From contig JACKGA010000002.1 of assembly GCA_020632195.1 (NCBI GenBank), positions 66,896 to 130,895 on the forward strand: a DNA stretch of 64,000 nt, written 5' to 3'. Each line of letters starts with the position of its first letter. Position 1 is the stretch's first letter. The notes below the pieces were generated by a model. The model searched no databases. It was given only the letters and a program-made list of their open reading frames with translations, and was not told the DNA's origin. The position numbers were made by a program, and so were the translations under genes. The stretch is from Candidatus Nomurabacteria bacterium. GTDB taxonomy: Bacteria > Patescibacteriota > Minisyncoccia > Phycocordibacterales > UBA1006. Below are positions 54,898 to 62,929 of this stretch, one piece after another.

Positions 54898-54914
54898 AAT
54901 TGAAGTTAGTCTCT

Positions 54915-55631
54915 TTAAATTAAAAAACTATCCAATTCCTCCACACCCTCCCGTGGATTATCACCAGCAAAAATTGCCGAGCCTACTACAAAGCGCTCTA
55001 CCCCTGCATCACGAAAGCGTTCGATGGTTGAACGATTGACTGACCCATCTACCTGAATAGGTATATGGGGTGCATGAATTTTTATGGACTGGATATGTTC
55101 AAATACTCGCTCATCAAGCCCTTCGCCCTGATAACCAATACGCGCAATACCCATTACCTGCACACAATCAATCATTTCTAGATGTGGAAGAATTTCCTGA
55201 AAATCAGTATCATTATTGAGAGAAAGACCGATTTCTATAAAACTTCGAATTCCCTGTACTTCATTCAGAAGTTTTTCAATATTGTTGAGTGATTCGATGT
55301 GAAAAATGATACGCTTGGGACCAAGTGCAATCCATTGGTCGAGATACAGATCAGCATCCTGCACCATCAGATCGAGTTCGTAATCCATATCCTGCCAATA
55401 TGGCCAACCGATATCTTCATTCTGGAGATCGCGCCAAGCGTAGTCAGTAATCTGATTCATATCAGAACGTTTGCTTTTAAACTCCTTAAACGGCCATGTT
55501 TTTTCTGGCACAAAAACACCGTCCATAATATCCAACTGTACACAACCAGCAACGTCGAGCACAATTTCGACATGTTTTTCTATATCACGAAAAGATTGTG
55601 GCATGATTGCGGGGATAATAGTATTCTCCAT
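54915..55631 (-). CDS. rpe: ribulose-phosphate 3-epimerase-like protein (divergent, with an insertion)
   Basis: IMPQSF...VQLDIMDGVFVP...YELDLMV pattern follows the Rpe barrel strands. An extra segment of about 30 aa follows the DGxFVP motif. Confidence 0.7.
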   Translation of the reverse strand: MENTIIPAIMPQSFRDIEKHVEIVLDVAGCVQLDIMDGVFVPEKTWPFKEFKSKRSDMNQITDYAWRDLQNEDIGWPYWQDMDYELDLMVQDADLYLDQWIALGPKRIIFHIESLNNIEKLLNEVQGIRSFIEIGLSLNNDTDFQEILPHLEMIDCVQVMGIARIGYQGEGLDERVFEHIQSIKIHAPHIPIQVDGSVNRSTIERFRDAGVERFVVGSAIFAGDNPREGVEELDSFLI

Positions 55632-55640
55632 AAGTATCTC

Positions 55641-56102
55641 TTAATCAAACTTATTCATTCTCCTGATATGTCTATTCTCTTCGCTAAATTCAGTAGAAAG
55701 CCACAGCTCAATTGCTTCGAGGGCTTCATACTCGGTCACAAAACGTGCCCCCAGGGAAAGCACATTGGCATTATTGTGTTGTCGTGAAAGCTCAATAATA
55801 TCGAGCGACCCACCGTACCACACCACCGCACGTACCCCTGGCAAGCGATTGGCAACCATGGCTTCACCTTGTCCCGATCCACCAAGGATAATTGCCCGAT
55901 CTTCCGGATTCTGTGCGACAGCGTGGGCTGCGGGTATTATAAAATCAGGATAATCGTCATTCTCATCATACTCAAAAGCGCCATGATCAACGATAGCGTA
56001 TCCGCGATCGATGAGCCATTGTTCGATTTTTTCTTTAAGCTCAAAACCAGCATGATCGGTGGCGAGGTGGACACGTGTTTTGTTGAGGTCATTTTTCATC
56101 AT
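55641..56102 (-). CDS. rpiB: ribose-5-phosphate isomerase B
   Basis: HLATDHAGFELKEKI and ILGGSGQGEAMVANR RpiB/LacAB motifs. Confidence 0.9.
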   Translation of the reverse strand: MMKNDLNKTRVHLATDHAGFELKEKIEQWLIDRGYAIVDHGAFEYDENDDYPDFIIPAAHAVAQNPEDRAIILGGSGQGEAMVANRLPGVRAVVWYGGSLDIIELSRQHNNANVLSLGARFVTEYEALEAIELWLSTEFSEENRHIRRMNKFD

Positions 56103-56104
56103 AA

Positions 56105-56782
56105 TTATTGAATGCTTCGGCGGATTTTTTCTGTCTCACGAACAAATTCAGTATAGTCTTCCCTGTTGCTTTCAAAATCAGCACGACCAGATTCCATACT
56201 TTCTTTACGTTCTGATAAAAATTCTTGAATTATTTTGTATACATCATACGGCATCTTAATATTGTTCATCTGGTCAAAACTTGTTTGGCTACCACCTTTA
56301 CTCGTCGAGGTCATTCGTCCTGTATCAATCATGATGCGTCCTGTATTGAGCATCTTCCCTACCAATCCAACATTTACAAAAACACTACGCACCTGATCGT
56401 AATAAATCGACCTCATATCAGCTCCGATAAGCCCAGAACGTAAAATAATACGCTTATTCGTAATCACATACACCGATGTGATCGCAGCAATAAATTGTAA
56501 GGCAAAAATAAAGATTGGAGCGCCAATAAATATTGGACCAAAAATCCTGGACGCATTCCTACATGCTTCCCCCACGTGCTCGACCCCATTGATAGTACAC
56601 GTTGCATCTGGCCCGCTTGCAAGACTCGGTATAAAAACTCCGACAATAAGAAAGATAACGAGGATAAGCGTCAGAGGACTCAGTACTGTGGTAAAAATCA
56701 TCGAAAGAAAATTTTGCCGATCGCACCATGCTACCTCTTCTTCTTTTTCAAGAATATGTTGTATTTCGGTTGGTGTCTGCAT
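56105..56782 (-). CDS. membrane protein with bacterial PH (bPH_2/YdbS-like) domain
   Basis: Two TM helices, then YVITNKRIILRSGLIGADMRSIYYDQV. Confidence 0.7.
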   Translation of the reverse strand: MQTPTEIQHILEKEEEVAWCDRQNFLSMIFTTVLSPLTLILVIFLIVGVFIPSLASGPDATCTINGVEHVGEACRNASRIFGPIFIGAPIFIFALQFIAAITSVYVITNKRIILRSGLIGADMRSIYYDQVRSVFVNVGLVGKMLNTGRIMIDTGRMTSTSKGGSQTSFDQMNNIKMPYDVYKIIQEFLSERKESMESGRADFESNREDYTEFVRETEKIRRSIQ

Positions 56783-56794
56783 AGAGATTATCTT

Positions 56795-57853
56795 TTACGA
56801 ATTGAACTTCTTCCCCGCTTTCACTACGTGCTCTACCAAAGAGTTCGTATAGCCCATTTCATTGTCATACCAAGCCAAAACTTTTACCAAATTACCATCG
56901 ACAACTTTAGTAAACGATAAATCAACAATCGAGGCATATGTCGAGCCGATAATATCTGAAGAAACAATTGGGTCTTCATTGACGGTAAAGATATTGTGCC
57001 AGCGCTCATCTTCAGCAGCCTTTTTCAAAATATTATTGATTTCTTCTACCGAGGTATCACGCGACGCGATAAAGGTGATATCAGCAATAGACCCAGCCAC
57101 CACTGGCACACGCATAGCAATACCATCAAATTTATCCTTAAGCTGTGGCAAAGCCAGCGCTGTCGCTTTTGCAGCCCCCGTCGTCGTTGGGATAATGTTT
57201 TGTGCAGCGGCACGCCCGCGACGATAATCTTTTTTATCGGGACCGTCCACAAGTGATTGTGTGGCGGTATATCCATGAATGGTATTGAGCATAGCTTTTT
57301 CGATACCGATTGATTCTGACAAAATCGTCATCACCGGAGAGCCGGAGTTCGTCGTACATGAGGCATTCGATGTAATGGAACATGTCGCCAGCTGATCATC
57401 ATTGACACCCATCAATACGGTTGCTGATACACCATCGACGGCTTCCCCTTTAGCTGGAGCCGAAATCACGACATGCTTTGCCCCAGCGTCGAGGTGCATT
57501 TTTGCATCATTGTAGTCGGTAAAAAATCCCGTTGATTCAACGACAATATCAATATTCATATCTTTCCATGGTAATTGTGCAGGATCACGCTGCTGGAGGA
57601 ACATAACCTTTTGCTCATCAATCGTTAATGATGAACCGTCTTCAGCATAGTCGATATGATAATCGGTGTAGCCCTGCGCAGAATCATACTGGAGCAAATA
57701 ACCAAGATTATGTGCATCCGAAAGGTCGTTGATAGCGACGATTTCTAATTCGGGTCGTTCGAAGGCGAGCTTGAAAAATGCGCGACCAATACGACCAAAG
57801 CCGTTGATAGCAACGCGTGTTTTTTTGATTTCTTGTGGTTGGGTTTCTGACAT
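56795..57853 (-). CDS. gap: glyceraldehyde-3-phosphate dehydrogenase
   Basis: INGFGRIGR Rossmann N-terminus, active site SNASCTTN and WYDNEMGY. ATG 57853 is preferred. Confidence 0.95.
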   Translation of the reverse strand: MSETQPQEIKKTRVAINGFGRIGRAFFKLAFERPELEIVAINDLSDAHNLGYLLQYDSAQGYTDYHIDYAEDGSSLTIDEQKVMFLQQRDPAQLPWKDMNIDIVVESTGFFTDYNDAKMHLDAGAKHVVISAPAKGEAVDGVSATVLMGVNDDQLATCSITSNASCTTNSGSPVMTILSESIGIEKAMLNTIHGYTATQSLVDGPDKKDYRRGRAAAQNIIPTTTGAAKATALALPQLKDKFDGIAMRVPVVAGSIADITFIASRDTSVEEINNILKKAAEDERWHNIFTVNEDPIVSSDIIGSTYASIVDLSFTKVVDGNLVKVLAWYDNEMGYTNSLVEHVVKAGKKFNS

Positions 57854-57920
57854 AAATTTAGAGGTTAGGTTTGAGTATGGAGACATTATAGCAAAATATG
57901 TCTTGTGCTCCTACTTACTT
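57733..57920. repeat. 188-bp direct repeat, copy 1 (functional gap 5' end plus promoter)
   Basis: Ungapped alignment with 58980-59167 shows 13 mismatches in 188 by hand count. Confidence 0.85.
57885..57893 (-). promoter_or_regulatory. gap promoter, extended -10 TGcTATAAT
   Basis: Minus strand reads ttttgcTATAATgtctcc. The leader is about 25-30 nt. Confidence 0.5.
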
Positions 57921-57995
57921 GATCCCTATACTGACCCTAAAAAAATACTGGACAAAATTAAATATATGGTGTATCGTGAAAAAAATATAGTTTTT

Positions 57996-58043
57996 ATTTG
58001 GTTACTAGGCAAGATACTTACTTGTCTTGTGTGGTAACCAAAT
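57996..58043. repeat. imperfect palindrome upstream of the repeat-protein gene (outer arms atttggttac / gtaaccaaat perfect)
   Basis: Read directly. It ends 9 nt before ATG 58053. Confidence 0.5.
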
Positions 58044-58052
58044 AAAATAGAA

Positions 58053-58622
58053 ATGAATACTATCAAAATTTTAGAGACACTCTTGGCACAAGGGGAGTAT
58101 GAATTAGCTAGAACAAGAGCTTCTCTACTTCCAGAGCCACAGCGTACCGAACAACTGATACGTATACTGGATAAGTGTATTGAGGAAGGTTCGTGGTTTG
58201 GGGCACGTAATACTGCGGATCTACTTCCAGAGCCACAGCGTACCGAGCAACTGATCCGTATACTGGATAAGTGTATTGAGGAAGGTTGGTCGGGTGATGC
58301 ACGTAATACTGCGGATCTACTTCCAGAGCCACAGCGTACCGAGCAACTGATACGTATACTGAATAAGTATAGTGAGGAAGGTTCGTTGGGTGGGGCACGT
58401 GAGACTGCGGATCTACTTCCAGAGCCACAGCGTACCGAGCAACTGATACGTATACTGAATAAGTATATTGAGAAAGGTTTGTTGGGTGGGGCACGTGAGA
58501 CTGCGGATCTACTTCCAGAGCCACAGCGTACCGAACAACTAATCATTGTGCTGGATAAGTATATTGAGGAAGGTTCGTTGGGTGGGGCACGTAAGACTGC
58601 AGGTTTGATATCTAAAAAATAA
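58053..58622 (+). CDS. tandem-repeat protein, five 32-aa alpha-helical-looking repeats
   Basis: The unit is ARxTADLLPEPQRTEQLIRIL(D/N)K(C/Y)IEEGxxxG. The plus strand is chosen because it has an ATG, a stop and an intrinsic terminator 40 nt downstream. Confidence 0.7.
   Translation: MNTIKILETLLAQGEYELARTRASLLPEPQRTEQLIRILDKCIEEGSWFGARNTADLLPEPQRTEQLIRILDKCIEEGWSGDARNTADLLPEPQRTEQLIRILNKYSEEGSLGGARETADLLPEPQRTEQLIRILNKYIEKGLLGGARETADLLPEPQRTEQLIIVLDKYIEEGSLGGARKTAGLISKK
58125..58604. repeat. 5 x 96-bp tandem repeat
   Basis: ctacttccagagccacagcgtacc recurs at 58125, 58221, 58317, 58413 and 58509 (exact 96-nt period). Confidence 0.9.
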
Positions 58623-58660
58623 TCATTACACCCTAAAAACTAGGGTACGGACTAGAATTG

Positions 58661-58693
58661 AAAAAAACGGAATCATTGTGATTCCGTTTTTTT
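58661..58693 (+). terminator. rho-independent terminator of the repeat-protein gene
   Basis: acggaatc-attgt-gattccgt flanked by A7 and T7. Confidence 0.8.
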
Positions 58694-58735
58694 GTAATAA
58701 GATTTACTTACACAGTGAAGAGTAAGAATTTCTAC

Positions 58736-58979
58736 TTATCTATTTGCATTCAACCAATCGTTTAGGTATTTATATGCTTCCTCCGTTGGGCCTCTATAAC
58801 TGGCAAGCTCAACACCTTGGGTGTTGAAAATTACATATATCCCACCATAATCTGGATTATATTCCCAGGTTTTTTGCCCAATAGCATATCCATCAGCAGT
58901 AAAATGCGTAACATGTAAATAAGTTTGTGGATAAATAGGCTTCCCTGTTTTATCTATATGACAGAAGTCGTAGCGACGA
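58736..58979 (-). pseudogene. start-less C-terminal gene remnant (possible WG-repeat-type protein)
   Basis: The open frame reads ...HIDKTGKPIYPQTYLHVTHFTADGYAIGQKTWEYNPDYGGIYVIFNTQGVELASYRGPTEEAYKYLNDWLNANR*. It has no ATG/GTG/TTG upstream and is joined out of frame to the duplicated gap fragment. IDKTGK is reminiscent of WG/KWG repeats (weak). Confidence 0.4.
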
Positions 58980-59100
58980 TTTCTAATTCGGGCCGTTCGA
59001 AAGCGAGCTTGAAAAATGCGCGACCGATACGACCAAAGCCGTTGATAGCGACACGTGTTTTTTTGATTTCTTATGATTGAGTTTCTGACATACGTGTATA
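58980..59100 (-). pseudogene. duplicated gap 5' fragment with premature stop
   Basis: ATG TCA GAA ACT CAA TCA TAA compared with the functional ATG TCA GAA ACC CAA CCA CAA. The rest is colinear with gap codons 8-40. Confidence 0.8.
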
Positions 59101-59167
59101 GGTTAGGTTTGAGTATGAAGACATTATAGCAAAATATGTCTTGTGCTCCTACTTACTTTATTTTTCC
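58980..59167. repeat. 188-bp direct repeat, copy 2 (decayed gap 5' end plus retained TGcTATAAT box)
   Basis: See copy 1. Confidence 0.85.
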
Positions 59168-59278
59168 GAACATCATACAACTACTGGAGTATATTGACAA
59201 ACATACTAAATTATAATTAAATACTCTATAAAATCCTTTTTAGTCTGCATATAATTATTTAACTAAAATTACAAAATA

Positions 59279-59458
59279 ATGAAAAAAACTGAAATCTTAC
59301 TTTTATTACTAGGTGTTTTATTCTTTTCATCCTTCTGTCTTGGGCTCGGTTCAACAGGAGAATCAAAAAAATATTATGGGATAGTCTGTTTTTGCATTTT
59401 AGGAGCTTCATTCCTTAAAATCTTGTATCTATCTTATAAAAGATACATAAAAAAATAG
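59279..59458 (+). CDS. possible 59-aa two-helix membrane protein
   Basis: MKKTEILLLLLGVLFFSSFCLGLGSTGESKKYYGIVCFCILGASFLKILYLSYKRYIKK. It is one codon below the track cutoff. Confidence 0.35.
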   Translation: MKKTEILLLLLGVLFFSSFCLGLGSTGESKKYYGIVCFCILGASFLKILYLSYKRYIKK

Positions 59459-59599
59459 CTACTCTAGTTAGTAAAATTAAATACTCACAAGAAATTTGTG
59501 GGTATTTTATTTTGTTGCTTCCTTCCGAGCTTTACATAAATTCAATAGTCGCTCCGCTCTTTTCTTCATTTAATACCAACTAGTCATGACGTCTCTCAT

Positions 59600-59738
59600 G
59601 TGTCATCCCCGCGAAGGCGGGGACCCATTTATGGACCGAAAGATCAAATAGTTGAAATTGCATCTAATAATTCTATAAGAATAAGAAATGGATCCCAGAT
59701 ATTTTTCTTCGTTCCTCAGAAAAATTCTAGGATGACAC
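59600..59738. mobile_element. MITE-like element, longest copy (139 bp), GTGTCATCC...GGATGACAC
   Basis: 9-bp perfect terminal inverted repeats, a subterminal CCCCGC-gaag-GCGGGG hairpin and an internal GGATCC. It has no coding capacity. Confidence 0.7.
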
Positions 59739-59751
59739 GGTCGGAGCTTTC

Positions 59752-62700
59752 TTAATCAAACAAACTTCCCTGCACCACTTCCCCCCTCATCACTTCTAGG
59801 AATGCTAGTAATTCTTCATTTCCTGGGTCCTGTGAAAAATCTTTTTCGAGCAATGTACCATCGAGGATATCCTGAACTAATTGATTAATTTCTTCGCGTA
59901 GTTCTGCTACATCGGTATCTGTAATTTCGAAAACTTGCTGTTCAAATTCACCTTTACTATTGGGCTCAATAAAATCAAAAATTGCCTCACGGAAATCATA
60001 CTGCCCGGCAAAAGCGTCATGAAGGAGTAATTTATAAAAAGTCGCCTGGCGTTTGATCTTGGCGCGACGATCTTTGTCCATATCAGAATATGCGCGCCCG
60101 GTTTTATAATCCCACACCGTAAACGTACCATCTTCATTTCGTGTAATTTTGTCGATCACTCCAGAAAGCAAAAGCTCGTGCTCGCCAAATGTTCCAAATG
60201 AAATACCCGTAATACGTTTTTCATTAAATGTCGGGATCATGAACTCTGTATGATAGTGCTGTACATAGGCTTCGAGGATCTTCCAACCACGGTCTTCGAA
60301 CTCGGCATAATGAGGATTGCTCTCGAGCGTAGACTGAAAACAAGACCTGAGTATTGTCATGTCGGGTATCTCGAGGCTGCGTGCCGCCTGGTCAAAGTAT
60401 TTTTCCAATGTACCGTGAATGAGATTACCAAAATCAAGAAAATGGCTACGCGCTTCAGGAAGTGCTACTAGATTGCGGAAAAAATATTTCAGTGGTGATT
60501 CTATGTAATTATTGAGCGCAGAAACTGAAAGCGATTTTGAGAAGAACAAGCGCGTAGTGTATTCTGTATCCATAAGACTCGTAATATGACTGTGCTCTTC
60601 AGAAAAAAAGTCAATAATATCACGAGTGTGTGTACTCTCCCATGATGTCATATCTACATGTTCAATCTCTGGGATATCTGCAATAAGCGCCGAAGCACTT
60701 TTTTCTTTTCCTTGAGCATCAATAATATACGAAGAAATGTGACATTCTTTTTTGGCACGTGTCATAGCAACATAGAGCAGACGTCGTTCATCCTCTGTAT
60801 CACCATCGCTAAAAGTATCAAGTGGGAGCGAAATAGTATCGGACATACCGCGTTTATGCATAAGCTTGGTAATATACACCGTATCAAATTCCAACCCCTT
60901 GGATCCATGGAATGTCATCAATTGCACACCGTGCGTCATCGTATGAGCAAGATTCATAGTGATGTGGTGTCTGCGCAGAGTACTAAAATACTCAATAGCA
61001 TCATCAAAAGAGAAATGCCCGCGGGCAAGAGATTCCTTTTTGATTTCATCAAAGACTTTTTCAATAATCGCAATGCCCTGTGAAGAGTCTTTGCGACCCA
61101 ACACATACGACAGTATTCCCGATTCACGAATAAACCAAGAAAAAAAAGTCATCATGTCGGAATTTTCTGATTCACTTTTCGCCTGGATTAAAAACATCGA
61201 AAGATCACTAAACGCCTGTTGTTGTTCTGGGGAAATGTCGAGATCTTTCAGGCGAGCCTGATCGGAAATAATTGAGTATATTCGTTTACGCGTTTGTTTT
61301 TTTGCTGATTTTGCTGCATTGATAGCTTTCTGTACGGCATATACATCAAGATTAAGAAAATCAATAAAGAGCACCTTGGCGAGCATTTCATCATTTTCAA
61401 GATCATGGATAGAGACAAGGAGAAGAAACATTTTGAGCACAAGAGGATCTTTGAGAATATCTTTTTTTGAAAAATCCTGTATAGGGATGTCATACACCGC
61501 AAGCAAATGCCTGATATCATCAGCATCTTTATTATTACGATACAAAACTGCAATATCATCAGCATGTTCACCTGCTTCAATGCGTCGCTTGATATCCTGG
61601 GCAACCCAGAGTGCCTCTAATTTATAATTCTGAAATTGTCGGTACGCGATGGTGCCACCATGGTCAAAAAAAGCCTCGAGCTGTACTTCAGACTCATGAT
61701 AGGGCGACTGAGAAATAAGAGCATGAGCGTGATCAAGGATATTTTGGTGCGATCGATAATTATGAGAGAGCTCGATAATCCTTGTTGTAGGAAGCTTTTG
61801 AAGCAGTGTCTGGTAACTTTCTTCGCTAGCTCCAGCAAAACGAAAAATCGATTGTTTGCTATCTCCTACGACAAAGATATTGGGGTTTCCTTCCCATACT
61901 GGATGATCGATCAAAGTCCAAAGAATACGGTTTTGCGCATCATTGGTATCCTGATGTTCATCTACCAGAATATAGTGATACTGCTCTTGCATATCTTGTT
62001 TGAAGTCATCATTAGTTTCAAGTAAGGTGACAAGCGAGAGTATGAGATCGGCAAAATCATAGAGTTTTTTCTGATTGAGGGCCTGTTGATAAGCACTATA
62101 TATCTGAACTAGTTCCAATGCTTTGTCACGACGATTCTCAAGTTTTTTCATTTCACTGGGCTTACGATCTCCTTTTTTGAATTCTCGATAGGCACGTTTG
62201 TAAAACATGTCTGGGTGATCTTTATCTTCATCACATTGCATATGAATACGGTCTCTAAGACCTTCAGGAGTCTCTCCCTCCCCTTTCACTTTGCCGAGCG
62301 AAAAAGCAATGTCTTTGATCGTTGAGTCGCGGCGTTTGAATTTTGAAAAAAACTCAAGGGAGTCCATGCTATCCACCAGCCCTTCGAGGATTTCAATTTG
62401 TTCCACAGGAGAAATCAAACGAGCACTACTCAACTGAGGAAAATATTCAGGATAGGCTTTGATGGTGTCTTCAGCGAACGAATGAAAAGTAGCAATCGTT
62501 ACACGATAGGCAAGTTCGCTCCCCACAATACTCGCCAGGCGCTGACGCATGTTGTAAGCAGCAGCATTGGTAAAGGTTAGTGCCAAAATATTCTCGGGCT
62601 CCATGCCATCCTGGCGCAGAATATTGGCAATACGTAGAGTCAGAATCTGTGTTTTTCCTGTCCCTGGACCTGCTACAACCATCACCGGGCCTTCGATAGT

Positions 62701-62766
62701 GTCGACTGCCTGACGCTGAGCATCATTGAGTATGCTATAGAGTTTTTCAAATTGATCCGTATTCAT
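59752..62766 (-). CDS. UvrD/PcrA-type helicase fused to a C-terminal PD-(D/E)XK (RecB/AddA-like) nuclease
   Basis: Walker A AGPGTGKTQ, motif II DEHQDTN and later helicase motifs. The C-terminal VIDKITRNEDGTFTVWDYKTG nuclease motif is present. ATG 62766 is preferred (7 nt after TATAAT). Confidence 0.88.
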   Translation of the reverse strand: MNTDQFEKLYSILNDAQRQAVDTIEGPVMVVAGPGTGKTQILTLRIANILRQDGMEPENILALTFTNAAAYNMRQRLASIVGSELAYRVTIATFHSFAEDTIKAYPEYFPQLSSARLISPVEQIEILEGLVDSMDSLEFFSKFKRRDSTIKDIAFSLGKVKGEGETPEGLRDRIHMQCDEDKDHPDMFYKRAYREFKKGDRKPSEMKKLENRRDKALELVQIYSAYQQALNQKKLYDFADLILSLVTLLETNDDFKQDMQEQYHYILVDEHQDTNDAQNRILWTLIDHPVWEGNPNIFVVGDSKQSIFRFAGASEESYQTLLQKLPTTRIIELSHNYRSHQNILDHAHALISQSPYHESEVQLEAFFDHGGTIAYRQFQNYKLEALWVAQDIKRRIEAGEHADDIAVLYRNNKDADDIRHLLAVYDIPIQDFSKKDILKDPLVLKMFLLLVSIHDLENDEMLAKVLFIDFLNLDVYAVQKAINAAKSAKKQTRKRIYSIISDQARLKDLDISPEQQQAFSDLSMFLIQAKSESENSDMMTFFSWFIRESGILSYVLGRKDSSQGIAIIEKVFDEIKKESLARGHFSFDDAIEYFSTLRRHHITMNLAHTMTHGVQLMTFHGSKGLEFDTVYITKLMHKRGMSDTISLPLDTFSDGDTEDERRLLYVAMTRAKKECHISSYIIDAQGKEKSASALIADIPEIEHVDMTSWESTHTRDIIDFFSEEHSHITSLMDTEYTTRLFFSKSLSVSALNNYIESPLKYFFRNLVALPEARSHFLDFGNLIHGTLEKYFDQAARSLEIPDMTILRSCFQSTLESNPHYAEFEDRGWKILEAYVQHYHTEFMIPTFNEKRITGISFGTFGEHELLLSGVIDKITRNEDGTFTVWDYKTGRAYSDMDKDRRAKIKRQATFYKLLLHDAFAGQYDFREAIFDFIEPNSKGEFEQQVFEITDTDVAELREEINQLVQDILDGTLLEKDFSQDPGNEELLAFLEVMRGEVVQGSLFD

Positions 62767-62773
62767 ACGAATC

Positions 62774-62779
62774 ATTATA
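62774..62779 (-). promoter_or_regulatory. -10 box TATAAT 7 nt upstream of the helicase ATG
   Basis: Minus strand reads ctgaTATAATgattcgtATG. Confidence 0.45.
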
Positions 62780-62801
62780 TCAGAAGTACGTAGCGAAACA
62801 C

Positions 62802-62847
62802 GTCGCGGCGGCGTGCCTCTGTAGATACAAAAGAACGCCGCCGCGAC
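62802..62847. other. 13-bp perfect GC-rich inverted repeat (gtcgcggcggcgt-N20-acgccgccgcgac)
   Basis: Read directly. It lies in the divergent intergenic region, upstream of the helicase -10 box. Confidence 0.6.
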
Positions 62848-62929
62848 TCGCAACTTGATTTATTTCAGAGAATAGTTATGGTTGTTGGGAATAAAAAATA
62901 TTTTTAAACAAAAAAAACAAAAGAAACTT

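Noticed and set aside
57926-58546. Long minus-strand ORFs (57926-58546 and 58108-58524) antisense to the tandem-repeat gene
   Set aside because: They exist only because the 96-bp repeat lacks stops in several frames. The plus-strand ORF has an ATG, a stop and a strong intrinsic terminator in the correct orientation. The antisense ORFs run into the gap promoter region.
58125-58604. Whether the 96-bp tandem repeats could be a CRISPR array
   Set aside because: The units are contiguous with no unique spacers. They are 96 bp long and in frame, and they translate into a coherent repeat protein. No cas genes are present in the window.
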